A stretch of 64,000 bases of DNA from NCBI RefSeq assembly GCF_003790525.1, contig NZ_CP033635.1. One strand, 5' to 3'. The notes beneath the pieces are model-generated. The model was not told the origin of the DNA, searched no databases, and saw only the letters and a program-made list of their open reading frames with translations. Positions 1 through 9,300 of the stretch are shown in pieces. The DNA comes from Escherichia coli (GTDB lineage Bacteria; Pseudomonadota; Gammaproteobacteria; Enterobacterales; Enterobacteriaceae). The translations under genes and the position numbers were made by a program. How positions within the stretch are numbered: position 1 is the stretch's first letter; the number at the start of each line of letters is the position of its first letter.

Positions 1-135
1 GTATTCGGCGTACTGGAACCGTTCAACATTCGCATGATTTGTTACGGCGCATCCAGCCATAACCTGTGCTTCCTGGTGCCCGGCGAAGATGCCGAGCAGG
101 TGGTGCAGAAGCTGCATTTTAATTTATTTGAGTAA
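1..135 (+). CDS. lysC: Aspartokinase III, C-terminal 44 codons (partial, 5' end outside window)
   Basis: Frame 1 translates to ...VFGVLEPFNIRMICYGASSHNLCFLVPGEDAEQVVQKLHFNLFE then TAA at 133-135, matching the LysC C-terminus as remembered; synteny with yjbD and rluF. Confidence 0.85.
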   Translation, partial: VFGVLEPFNIRMICYGASSHNLCFLVPGEDAEQVVQKLHFNLFE

Positions 136-387
136 ATACTGTATGGCCTGGAAGCTATATTTCGGGCCGTATTGATTTTCCTGTCACTATGCTTATCAAT
201 AAACGAGCCTGTACTCTGTTAACCAACGTCTTTATCGGAGAATAATTGCCTTTAATTTTTTTATCTGCATCTCTAATTAATTATCGAAAGAGATAAATAG
301 TTAAGAGAAGGCAAAATGAATATTATCAGTTCTGCTCGCAAACGAATTCCCGTACACTGAACTCTCTGGCTCACTGAGGGCACCATC

Positions 388-660
388 ATGGCACTCCCCC
401 GTATTACCCAAAAAGAGATGACTGAACGCGAGCAGCGTGAACTTAAAACACTGCTGGATCGGGCGCGGATTGCGCATGGTCGCGTACTGACCAACTCCGA
501 AACCAACAGCATTAAGAAAGAGTACATCGATAAATTAATGGTCGAGCGTGAGGCTGAAGCGAAAAAAGCCCGCCAGTTAAAGAAAAAGCAGGCTTATAAA
601 CCGGATCCTGAGGCGTCATTTAGCTGGTCAGCAAATACGTCGACGCGCGGCAGGCGCTGA
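388..660 (+). CDS. yjbD: DUF3811 family protein YjbD
   Basis: 90-aa ORF with ATG at 388; protein MALPRITQKEMTEREQRELK... matches YjbD as remembered; conserved position between lysC and rluF. Confidence 0.8.
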   Translation: MALPRITQKEMTEREQRELKTLLDRARIAHGRVLTNSETNSIKKEYIDKLMVEREAEAKKARQLKKKQAYKPDPEASFSWSANTSTRGRR

Positions 661-1533
661 TTAACGTCCCTTCTTTTTTCGCCCCGGCGAGGTAAAACGC
701 TTACCGTTGGACGCCGGGCGACCGCCTTTTTCCGCCGTTTTTTCCATCTTGACGACTGGACGTTTGATGCCTACCGTTTTCGGCTTGGCCTTCGCTTTAG
801 GTTTTGCCTCGGAAGAGGAATTTTCGATGAGCTTAAAGAGGTCGATTAACTCATCGTCGGTTAAATCGCGCCACTCACCCAGCGGAATGCCGCTTAAACT
901 GACGTTCATAATGCGCGTACGTTCCAGCTTTTTCACTTCGTAACCAAAGTGCTCGCACATGCGACGGATCTGACGGTTCAGCCCCTGCACCAGGGTAATG
1001 CGGAAGACAAACGGCGCTTCTTTTTTGACTTTGCACTTTTTCGTCACCGTCCCGAGGATCGGTACTCCCGCCCCCATACCACGAATAAATTCATCGGTAA
1101 TCGGTTTATCAACCGTCACCAGATACTCTTTCTCATGATCGTTACCCGCACGGAGGATCTTATTCACCAGATCGCCGTGATTGGTGAGGAAAATCAGCCC
1201 CTGGGAATCTTTATCCAGGCGGCCAATCGGGAACACGCGTTTGCTGTGGTTAACGAAATCGACAATGTTATCGCGCTCGCCATCTTCGGTGGTGCTGACA
1301 ATACCGACGGGCTTGTTCAGGGCGATAAGTACCAAATCTTCGGCTTCCCGAGGCTCAATCAACTGACCGTTTACTTTCACAACGTCGCCGGGTTTCACCT
1401 GATCGCCAATGGTGGCTCGCTTGCCATTAAGGAACACATTGCCTTGCTCGATATAGCGATCCGCTTCGCGGCGTGAGCAAATTCCGCTTTCGCTGATGTA
1501 TTTATTTAAACGGACTGATGAGTCGGGCAGCAT
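661..1533 (-). CDS. rluF: 23S rRNA pseudouridine synthase RluF
   Basis: 290-aa ORF, ATG confirmed (cat at 1531-1533 on + strand); S4-like N-terminus and RluA/RsuA-type pseudouridine synthase core; lysine-rich C-terminal tail. Confidence 0.9.
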   Translation of the reverse strand: MLPDSSVRLNKYISESGICSRREADRYIEQGNVFLNGKRATIGDQVKPGDVVKVNGQLIEPREAEDLVLIALNKPVGIVSTTEDGERDNIVDFVNHSKRVFPIGRLDKDSQGLIFLTNHGDLVNKILRAGNDHEKEYLVTVDKPITDEFIRGMGAGVPILGTVTKKCKVKKEAPFVFRITLVQGLNRQIRRMCEHFGYEVKKLERTRIMNVSLSGIPLGEWRDLTDDELIDLFKLIENSSSEAKPKAKAKPKTVGIKRPVVKMEKTAEKGGRPASNGKRFTSPGRKKKGR

Positions 1534-1880
1534 AAATTCTCCTGTAAAACGCGGAATATACCGTACCTCTTAGCGGGGAAAAACAGGGTTATGCGGCAAC
1601 GTCGAAATTAAATGTGATCTGCCACGCCTTTTATCACAAAAGTGTCTCCGGAAGTACGATGCAAATTCGCCTGGCAAAATAAGGATAATCAACATATTAC
1701 GAATCGCTGCACACCTGTGCTGATGACTACTACGCAGAGAAACAAATGTGCAAGAGAAAGCGCTATTTCTCCCCATGCAAAGAGTGAAAAATCGCTTTGA
1801 AAGGCCATCATGATGGGGTTATATCAGATCAAGCGGTGAGAAAGCGTATTTGCACAAATGTGCAGAACCAGGAGGCGGCA

Positions 1881-2828
1881 ATGGAAAACAGTGACGATAT
1901 CCGTTTGATTGTGAAGATTGCCCAACTCTATTACGAACAGGATATGACGCAGGCGCAAATCGCGCGCGAACTGGGTATTTACCGCACCACCATCAGCCGC
2001 TTGCTTAAACGAGGCCGCGATCAGGGAATTGTCACCATCGCCATCAACTATGACTACAACGAAAATCTCTGGCTGGAGCAGCAACTGAAGCAAAAGTTTG
2101 GCCTGAAAGACGTTGTGGTGGTGTCGGGAAATGATGAGGATGAAGAGACTCAACTGGCGATGATGGGGTTACACGGCGCGCAACTGCTGGATCGCTTGCT
2201 GGAACCTGGCGATATTGTCGGTTTTTCCTGGGGCCGCGCGGTGAGCGCACTGGTTGAAAACTTGCCGCAGGCGGGGCAATCGCGGCAGTTAATTTGCGTG
2301 CCGATTATTGGCGGCCCGTCCGGTAAACTCGAAAGCCGCTATCACGTAAACACATTAACCTACAGCGCGGCAGCGAAGCTGAAAGGGGAATCGCATCTCG
2401 CGGATTTTCCGGCTCTGCTGGATAACCCATTAATTCGTAATGGGATCATGCAGTCTCAGCACTTTAAAACCATCTCTGCCTACTGGGATAATCTGGATGT
2501 CGCCCTGGTGGGAATTGGCTCACCGGCCATTCGCGACGGCGCTAACTGGCATGCGTTTTATGGTGGTGAAGAGAGTGACGACCTGAATGCCCGCCAGGTT
2601 GCTGGCGATATTTGCTCGCGCTTTTTTGATATTCACGGCGCAATGGTTGAAACGAATATGAGCGAAAAAACACTCTCTATCGAAATGAATAAATTAAAGC
2701 AGGCACGGTATTCCATTGGCATTGCCATGAGCGAAGAAAAATACAGCGGAATTGTTGGTGCACTGCGTGGAAAATATATTAATTGTCTGGTAACGAATAG
2801 CAGCACAGCTGAACTATTACTGAAATAA
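1881..2828 (+). CDS. sorC: SorC-family transcriptional regulator of the sorbose operon
   Basis: ORF track gives 1797..2828; ATG at 1881 (MENSDDIRLIVKIAQLYYEQDMTQAQIARELGIYRTTISRLL) is preceded by AGGAGG at 1869-1874. HTH plus sugar-binding domain typical of the SorC family; first gene of a sorCDFBAME-ordered cluster. Confidence 0.85.
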   Translation: MENSDDIRLIVKIAQLYYEQDMTQAQIARELGIYRTTISRLLKRGRDQGIVTIAINYDYNENLWLEQQLKQKFGLKDVVVVSGNDEDEETQLAMMGLHGAQLLDRLLEPGDIVGFSWGRAVSALVENLPQAGQSRQLICVPIIGGPSGKLESRYHVNTLTYSAAAKLKGESHLADFPALLDNPLIRNGIMQSQHFKTISAYWDNLDVALVGIGSPAIRDGANWHAFYGGEESDDLNARQVAGDICSRFFDIHGAMVETNMSEKTLSIEMNKLKQARYSIGIAMSEEKYSGIVGALRGKYINCLVTNSSTAELLLK

Positions 2829-2897
2829 AAATCTTCCCGATGTTTACCGTAATAAAAATTACGGCGGGTCCCTATTATCTAAAATCAGGAGTCTGTT

Positions 2898-3704
2898 ATG
2901 CAAACGTGGTTAAATTTGCAGGATAAAATCATTATTGTCACCGGCGGCGCATCCGGTATTGGTCTGGCGATTGTGGATGAATTATTAGCACAAGGCGCGA
3001 ATGTACAGATGGTCGATATTCACGGTGGCGATGGTCAATATGAAAACCATAAAGGTTATCAGTTCTGGCCGACCGATATTTCCAGCGCCAAAGAGGTAAA
3101 TCATACGGTAGCAGAAATTATCCAGCGTTTTGGTCGCATCGACGGTCTGGTCAATAACGCCGGGGTCAATTTCCCGCGTCTGCTGGTCGATGAGAAAGCG
3201 CCTGCCGGGCAGTATGAACTCAACGAAGCGGCATTCGAAAAAATGGTCAATATCAACCAGAAAGGCGTTTTTCTGATGTCGCAGGCGGTGGCGCGACAGA
3301 TGGTCAAACAACATGATGGCGTGATTGTGAATGTTTCCTCAGAAAGTGGGCTGGAAGGCTCAGAAGGCCAAAGCTGTTACGCCGCGACCAAAGCCGCGCT
3401 CAATAGCTTCACGCGCTCCTGGTCGAAAGAGCTGGGTAAGCACGGTATCCGTGTGGTCGGTATCGCGCCGGGGATTCTGGAAAAAACAGGACTGCGTACG
3501 CCGGAATATGAAGAAGCGCTGGCGTGGACGCGCAATATCACCGTCGAGCAGCTGCGTGAAGGCTATACCAAAAACGCCATTCCTATTGGGCGCGCCGGAA
3601 GATTAGCAGAAGTGGCTGATTTTGTTTGTTATCTGCTGTCTGAACGCGCCAGCTATATCACCGGAGTAACCACTAACATTGCGGGCGGCAAAACGCGCGG
3701 CTAA
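2898..3704 (+). CDS. sorD: Short-chain dehydrogenase/reductase, sorbitol-6-phosphate 2-dehydrogenase type
   Basis: 268 aa with the SDR glycine motif TGGASGIGLA and a YxxxK motif (YAATK); position 2 in the sor cluster. Confidence 0.8.
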   Translation: MQTWLNLQDKIIIVTGGASGIGLAIVDELLAQGANVQMVDIHGGDGQYENHKGYQFWPTDISSAKEVNHTVAEIIQRFGRIDGLVNNAGVNFPRLLVDEKAPAGQYELNEAAFEKMVNINQKGVFLMSQAVARQMVKQHDGVIVNVSSESGLEGSEGQSCYAATKAALNSFTRSWSKELGKHGIRVVGIAPGILEKTGLRTPEYEEALAWTRNITVEQLREGYTKNAIPIGRAGRLAEVADFVCYLLSERASYITGVTTNIAGGKTRG

Positions 3705-3713
3705 GGAGGCTTT

Positions 3714-4121
3714 ATGGTCAATGCCATTTTTTGCGCCCACGGCAAATTAGCCTGCGCCATGCTGGAATCGGTTCAGATGGTGTACGGCGATGCCAGGGTC
3801 GAGGCCGTTGAATTTGTGCCCGGCGAGAACGCCGGAGACATTGTGGCAAAGCTGGAGAAGTTAGTGAGCATTCACAATCATGACGAGTGGCTAATCGCCG
3901 TGGATTTACAGTGCGGCAGCCCGTGGAATGCGGCAGCGATGCTTGCGATGCGCAATCCTCGTCTGCGGGTAATCAGCGGCCTTTCTCTGCCGCTGGCGCT
4001 CGAACTGGTTGATAACCAGGACAGCATGAATATTGATGAACTGTGTGAACACCTGACGCAAATCGCAAAGCAAATCTGCGTCGTCTGGAGACAGGTGGCA
4101 ACAGCGGAGGAGGATTTCTGA
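3714..4121 (+). CDS. sorF: PTS mannose/sorbose-family EIIA component
   Basis: 135 aa with N-terminal histidine in the CAHG context typical of mannose-family EIIA; stop overlaps the sorB start (TGATG). Confidence 0.8.
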   Translation: MVNAIFCAHGKLACAMLESVQMVYGDARVEAVEFVPGENAGDIVAKLEKLVSIHNHDEWLIAVDLQCGSPWNAAAMLAMRNPRLRVISGLSLPLALELVDNQDSMNIDELCEHLTQIAKQICVVWRQVATAEEDF

Positions 4122-4615
4122 TGAACATTACGCTCGCCCGCATTGATGACCGCCTGATCCACGGCCAGGTCACTACCGTCTGGTCTAAGGTGGCTAACGC
4201 CCAACGCATTATTATCTGCAATGACGAAGTTTATAACGATGAAGTTCGCCGGACATTATTGCGTCAGGCTGCGCCACCGGGAATGAAGGTTAACGTGGTC
4301 AATATTGAAAAAGCCGTCGCGGTTTATCACAACCCGCAATATCAGGACGAAACCGTTTTTTATCTTTTCACTCGCCCACAAGATGCCTTAGCAATGGTTC
4401 GCCAGGGGGTAAAAATAGGTACCCTGAATATTGGCGGTATGGCCTGGCGTCCTGGTAAGAAACAGTTAACCAAAGCAGTTTCATTAGATGACGATGATAT
4501 TAACGCATTTCATGAGTTAAATAATCTTGGCGTCATACTGGATTTACGCGTCGTAGCGTCAGATCCCTCAATCAATATTATCGACAAAATAAACGAACAG
4601 TTAATCGCAAATTAA
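4121..4615 (+). CDS. sorB: PTS mannose/sorbose-family EIIB component
   Basis: 164 aa with the RIDDRLIHGQV motif characteristic of mannose-family EIIB. Confidence 0.85.
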   Translation: MNITLARIDDRLIHGQVTTVWSKVANAQRIIICNDEVYNDEVRRTLLRQAAPPGMKVNVVNIEKAVAVYHNPQYQDETVFYLFTRPQDALAMVRQGVKIGTLNIGGMAWRPGKKQLTKAVSLDDDDINAFHELNNLGVILDLRVVASDPSINIIDKINEQLIAN

Positions 4616-4680
4616 ATAATAGCGCCTGTGTACATATGCTTTAACAGGCAGGGATGACGACACTTAAAAGGTGACAAATC

Positions 4681-5478
4681 ATGGAAATAAGTACCCTACA
4701 AATTATTGCTATATTTCTTTTTTCCTGTATTGCCGGAATGGGCAGCGTGCTGGATGAATTTCAGACTCATCGTCCGTTAATTGCCTGTACGGTGATTGGT
4801 TTAATTCTCGGTGATTTAAAAACCGGAATTATGCTCGGTGGTACGCTGGAATTGATAGCTCTCGGCTGGATGAACGTCGGCGCGGCGCAATCTCCGGATT
4901 CTGCACTCGCCAGCATAATCTCCGCCATTCTGGTTATCGTTGGTCAGCAAAGCATCGCCACCGGAATCGCCATCGCGTTGCCTGTGGCTGCGGCAGGCCA
5001 GGTGCTGACGGTGTTTGCCCGTACCATCACAGTAGTGTTCCAGCACGCGGCGGATAAAGCAGCAGAAGAGGCGCGGTTTCGCACTCTCGATATTCTGCAT
5101 GTCTCCGCGCTTGGCGTGCAGGCGCTGCGCGTTGCTATTCCGGCACTGATTGTCTCGCTGTTCGTCAGCGCCGATATGGTGAGCAATATGCTGAGCGCCA
5201 TTCCCGAATTTGTGACCCGTGGACTGCAGATTGCTGGCGGTTTTATCGTGGTGGTCGGTTACGCCATGGTGCTTCGCATGATGGGCGTGAAATATTTGAT
5301 GCCTTTCTTTTTCCTCGGTTTCCTCGCAGGTGGCTACCTCGATCTCAGTCTGCTGGCGTTCGGTGGCGTCGGCGTGATCATGGCCCTGCTCTACATCCAG
5401 TTAAATCCACAGTGGCGTAAAGCTGAACCACATCCCCAGACCACCACTATCACCGCCCTTGACCAACTTGATGATTAA
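4681..5478 (+). CDS. sorA: PTS mannose/sorbose-family EIIC component
   Basis: 265-aa hydrophobic multi-pass membrane protein; position and size fit EIIC of the Man family. Confidence 0.8.
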   Translation: MEISTLQIIAIFLFSCIAGMGSVLDEFQTHRPLIACTVIGLILGDLKTGIMLGGTLELIALGWMNVGAAQSPDSALASIISAILVIVGQQSIATGIAIALPVAAAGQVLTVFARTITVVFQHAADKAAEEARFRTLDILHVSALGVQALRVAIPALIVSLFVSADMVSNMLSAIPEFVTRGLQIAGGFIVVVGYAMVLRMMGVKYLMPFFFLGFLAGGYLDLSLLAFGGVGVIMALLYIQLNPQWRKAEPHPQTTTITALDQLDD

Positions 5479-5488
5479 CGGAGCCATC

Positions 5489-6313
5489 ATGGAACAGAGA
5501 AAAATTACACGCAGCGATCTGGTGAGCATGTTTCTGCGCTCCAACCTGCAACAGGCATCCTTTAACTTTGAACGTATTCACGGGCTGGGTTTTTGCTACG
5601 ACATGATCCCCGCCATCAAACGACTTTACCCATTAAAAGAGGATCAGGTTGCGGCGCTCAGGCGACACCTAGTGTTCTTCAATACCACGCCAGCCGTATG
5701 TGGCCCGGTCATCGGCGTCACTGCCGCCATGGAAGAGGCGCGAGCCAACGGCGCGGAAATTGATGACGGTACCATTAACGGCATCAAAGTCGGCCTGATG
5801 GGACCGTTGGCAGGTGTTGGCGATCCACTGGTCTGGGGAACGCTGCGCCCGATTACCGCCGCGCTCGGCGCATCTCTGGCACTTTCGGGCAACATTCTCG
5901 GCCCCCTGCTGTTCTTCTTTATTTTCAATGCAGTACGTCTGGCAATGAAATGGTATGGGCTGCAACTGGGCTTTCGTAAAGGGGTGAATATCGTCAGCGA
6001 TATGGGCGGTAATTTGCTGCAAAAACTGACCGAAGGCGCGTCGATTCTCGGGCTGTTTGTAATGGGCGTACTGGTGACCAAATGGACATCGATCAACGTG
6101 CCGTTAGTGGTTTCACAAACGCCTGCCGCCGATGGTGCCACCGTCACTATGACCGTACAGAACATTCTCGACCAGCTTTGCCCTGGATTGCTGGCGCTCG
6201 GTTTGACGCTGCTGATGGTACGTCTGCTCAACAAAAAAATTAACCCGGTATGGCTGATTTTCGCCCTGTTTGGTTTAGGGATTATCGGTAATGCGCTGGG
6301 CTTCCTGTCCTGA
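5489..6313 (+). CDS. sorM: PTS mannose/sorbose-family EIID component
   Basis: ORF track starts at a TTG (5459); the ATG at 5489 (MEQRKITRSDL...) has ACGGAG 5 nt upstream. Membrane protein resembling the EIID family. Confidence 0.8.
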   Translation: MEQRKITRSDLVSMFLRSNLQQASFNFERIHGLGFCYDMIPAIKRLYPLKEDQVAALRRHLVFFNTTPAVCGPVIGVTAAMEEARANGAEIDDGTINGIKVGLMGPLAGVGDPLVWGTLRPITAALGASLALSGNILGPLLFFFIFNAVRLAMKWYGLQLGFRKGVNIVSDMGGNLLQKLTEGASILGLFVMGVLVTKWTSINVPLVVSQTPAADGATVTMTVQNILDQLCPGLLALGLTLLMVRLLNKKINPVWLIFALFGLGIIGNALGFLS

Positions 6314-6364
6314 TTCTTCGCCCCGGCACGACTGCCGGGGTCATCGCTCAACATGAGGTGGTTT

Positions 6365-7594
6365 ATGAAAACAACAGCTCTGCGTCTTTATGGCAAACGT
6401 GACCTGCGTCTGGAAACCTTTGACCTTCCTGAAATGCAGGAGGATGAAATCCTCGCGACGGTGGTCACTGACAGCCTGTGCCTCTCTTCCTGGAAAGAGG
6501 CCAATCTGGGGGAAAACCATAAAAAAGTACCCGACGATGTGGCGACCAATCCCATCATCATCGGCCACGAATTTTGCGGCGATATTCTGGCCGTGGGTAA
6601 AAAGTGGCAGCACAAATTCCAGCCGGGTCAGCGTTATGTGATTCAGGCCAACCTGCAACTCCCCGACCGCCCGGACTGCCCCGGCTACTCCTTCCCGTGG
6701 GTAGGCGGCGAAGCGACGCATGTGGTTATTCCCAACGAGGTCATGGAACAAGATTGCCTGCTGGCATACGACGGCGAAACCTATTTTGAAGGCTCGCTGG
6801 TTGAACCGCTTTCCTGCGTGATTGGCGCGTTCAACGCCAACTATCATCTTCAGGAAGGTAGTTATAACCACACGATGGGGATTCGCCCGCAAGGGCGCAC
6901 GCTGATCCTCGGCGGCACCGGACCAATGGGACTGTTGGCGATTGATTATGCGCTGCATGGACCCGTTAACCCGTCGCTGCTCGTTATTACCGATACCGAC
7001 AACGACAAATTGAGTTATGCGCGCAAGCACTATCCATCAGAACCGCAAACACTGATTCATTATCTCAATGCCACCGATGCAGCATTTGATACGTTAATGG
7101 CGCTGAGTGGCGGTCACGGCTTCGATGATATTTTCGTCTTTGTGCCTAATGAAGGACTGGTGACTCTCGCCTCTTCCTTGCTGGCGACAGATGGTTGCCT
7201 GAATTTCTTCGCCGGACCGCAGGATAAACATTTCAGCGCGCCAATTAATTTCTACGATGTGCATTATGCATTTACCCACTACGTGGGCACGTCAGGCGGC
7301 AATACCGACGACATGCGCGCGGCGGTCAAACTGATCGAAGAGAAAAAAGTGCAGGCCGCAAAAGTGGTAACACATATTCTTGGGCTGAATGCCGCGGGCG
7401 AAACCACGCTTGAATTGCCTGCCGTCGGCGGCGGGAAAAAACTGGTGTATACCGGGAAATATCTGCCGCTGACATCACTCACGCAGATTCAGGATGAAGA
7501 ACTGGCGGCGATTCTGGCGCGTCATCAGGGAGTCTGGTCCGGCGAGGCGGAGCAGTACCTGCTCGCCCATGCAGAGGCGATTTCCCATGATTAA
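6365..7594 (+). CDS. sorE: Zinc-dependent dehydrogenase, sorbose-1-phosphate reductase type
   Basis: About 409 aa; ATG at 6365 preceded by GAGG; medium-chain dehydrogenase fold (GHEFCGDI zinc-ligand region, GGTGPMG Rossmann motif); last gene of the canonical sorCDFBAME order. Confidence 0.75.
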   Translation: MKTTALRLYGKRDLRLETFDLPEMQEDEILATVVTDSLCLSSWKEANLGENHKKVPDDVATNPIIIGHEFCGDILAVGKKWQHKFQPGQRYVIQANLQLPDRPDCPGYSFPWVGGEATHVVIPNEVMEQDCLLAYDGETYFEGSLVEPLSCVIGAFNANYHLQEGSYNHTMGIRPQGRTLILGGTGPMGLLAIDYALHGPVNPSLLVITDTDNDKLSYARKHYPSEPQTLIHYLNATDAAFDTLMALSGGHGFDDIFVFVPNEGLVTLASSLLATDGCLNFFAGPQDKHFSAPINFYDVHYAFTHYVGTSGGNTDDMRAAVKLIEEKKVQAAKVVTHILGLNAAGETTLELPAVGGGKKLVYTGKYLPLTSLTQIQDEELAAILARHQGVWSGEAEQYLLAHAEAISHD

Positions 7595-8399
7595 TCGCGA
7601 TACTCAACTCTGCATGTCGCTGGCCGGCCGCCCCGGTAACTTCGGCACGCGTTTTCACAATTATCTTTATGAAAAGCTGGGGCTGAATTTCATCTATAAA
7701 GCGTTCACCACCCAGGATATTGCAGCGGCGGTGAAAGGGATTCGCGCGTTGGGTATTCGCGGTTGCGCTGTGTCGATGCCGTTTAAAGAAAGCTGCATGC
7801 CTTTTCTCGACGCGATCGATCCGTCGGCGAAGGTCATTGATTCCGTGAATACCATCGTGAATGACGACGGCAGGCTGACCGGGTTTAACACCGACTATAT
7901 CGCGGTGAAAAGCCTGATTACCCACCACCAGCTCAATACCACCACGCGAGTGATGATTCGCGGCAGTGGCGGCATGGGCAAAGCGGTGATTGCCGCCTTT
8001 CGCGACGCGGGGTTTACGGATGTTATCATTGCCGCCCGCAACCGCGAGAGCGGCCCGGCGCTGGCGAAGCAGTATGGGTTTCAGTGGCAACCGCAGCCGG
8101 AAGGCATCGCCTGCGACATTCTGGTCAACGTGACGCCCGTTGGCATGAGCGGCGGTAAAGAGAGCCATGAGCTGGCCTTCAGCGAAGCGATGGTCTCAAC
8201 GGCAAGCGTCGTTTTTGATGTCGTGGCCTTGCCGCCGGAAACGCCGCTCATTCGCCTGGCGCAACGGCTTGATAAGCAGACGATTAGCGGTGCGGAGGTG
8301 ATTGCTTTACAGGCCGTCGAGCAGTTCGCAATGTATACCGGCGTACGGCCTGATGCGCAACTGATTGCTGAGGCGGCACAATTTGCACGAGAAGGATAA
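7587..8399 (+). CDS. Shikimate/quinate dehydrogenase-family (AroE-like) oxidoreductase, translationally coupled to sorE
   Basis: ATG at 7587 overlaps the sorE stop (ATGATTAA). 270 aa with SDH-family hallmarks: the VSMPFK lysine motif, the NTDY aspartate motif and a GSGGMGKAV nucleotide-binding loop. Not part of the canonical sor operon as I remember it. Confidence 0.7.
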   Translation: MINRDTQLCMSLAGRPGNFGTRFHNYLYEKLGLNFIYKAFTTQDIAAAVKGIRALGIRGCAVSMPFKESCMPFLDAIDPSAKVIDSVNTIVNDDGRLTGFNTDYIAVKSLITHHQLNTTTRVMIRGSGGMGKAVIAAFRDAGFTDVIIAARNRESGPALAKQYGFQWQPQPEGIACDILVNVTPVGMSGGKESHELAFSEAMVSTASVVFDVVALPPETPLIRLAQRLDKQTISGAEVIALQAVEQFAMYTGVRPDAQLIAEAAQFAREG

Positions 8400-8521
8400 G
8401 AAACATCAGCGCCTTGTTTGCCACGCCAGAAGCAATGCGCAACATCGTGAGCCATGTCAGTAAGCGGTTAAAATCACAGTGGTAGCATGGCTCCCGTGAT
8501 TTCTTACTAACCGGAGAAGTA

Positions 8522-9211
8522 ATGGAACTGCTTTTATTGAGTAACTCGACGCTGCCGGGTAAAGCCTGGCTGGAACATGCGCTGCCGCTGATTGCTGAAC
8601 AGTTGCAGGGTCGCCGTTCAGCGGTATTTATTCCTTTCGCTGGCGTAACGCAGACCTGGGATGATTACACAGCGAAAACGGCTGCGGTTCTCGCTCCGCT
8701 GGGTGTTTCTGTCACCGGTATTCATAGCGTTGTCGATCCCGTTGCCGCGATTGAAAATGCTGAGATCGTGATTGTCGGCGGCGGGAATACTTTCCAGTTG
8801 CTGAAACAGTGCCGCGAGCGCGGGCTGCTGGCACCAATTACTGACGTGGTTAAACGTGGCGCGCTGTATATTGGCTGGAGCGCAGGCGCTAACCTTGCTT
8901 GCCCAACCATTCGTACCACCAACGATATGCCGATTGTCGATCCGCAAGGTTTCGATGCGCTGAATCTGTTCCCGTTGCAAATCAACCCGCACTTCACCAA
9001 CGCGCTGCCGGAAGGCCATAAAGGTGAAACGCGTGAGCAGCGTATTCGCGAACTGCTGGTCGTCGCGCCAGAACTCACAATTATTGGTCTACCGGAAGGT
9101 AACTGGATCACGGTGAGTAAAGGTCACGCTACGCTGGGTGGCCCGAACACCACTTATGTGTTTAAGGCTGGTGAAGAAGCGGTTCCGCTGGAAGCGGGTC
9201 ACCGTTTTTAA
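8522..9211 (+). CDS. pepE: Peptidase E (alpha-aspartyl dipeptidase)
   Basis: 229 aa, ATG at 8522 with a GGAGAAG ribosome-binding site; matches PepE as remembered (S51 peptidase). Confidence 0.9.
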
Positions 9212-9251
9212 ATGAATTGCCGGATGCATGATCCGGCATCTTGTTCATCGT

Positions 9252-9289
9252 GCCTGATGCGACGCTTTACGCGTCTTATCAGGCCTACA
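9252..9289. repeat. REP (repetitive extragenic palindromic) element, preceded by a GCCGGAT/ATCCGGC hairpin at 9219-9237
   Basis: GCCTGATGCGACGCTTTACGCGTCTTATCAGGCCTACA fits the REP consensus; lies between the convergent pepE and yjbB. Confidence 0.7.
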
Positions 9290-9300
9290 GGGTCACGGTA

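Noticed and set aside
1600-1660. Possible CRP site in the rluF-sorC intergenic region (AAATGTGATCTGCCACGCC)
   Set aside because: Only one half-site (TGTGA) is a good match; the second half-site is poor, so the call is not supportable from sequence alone.
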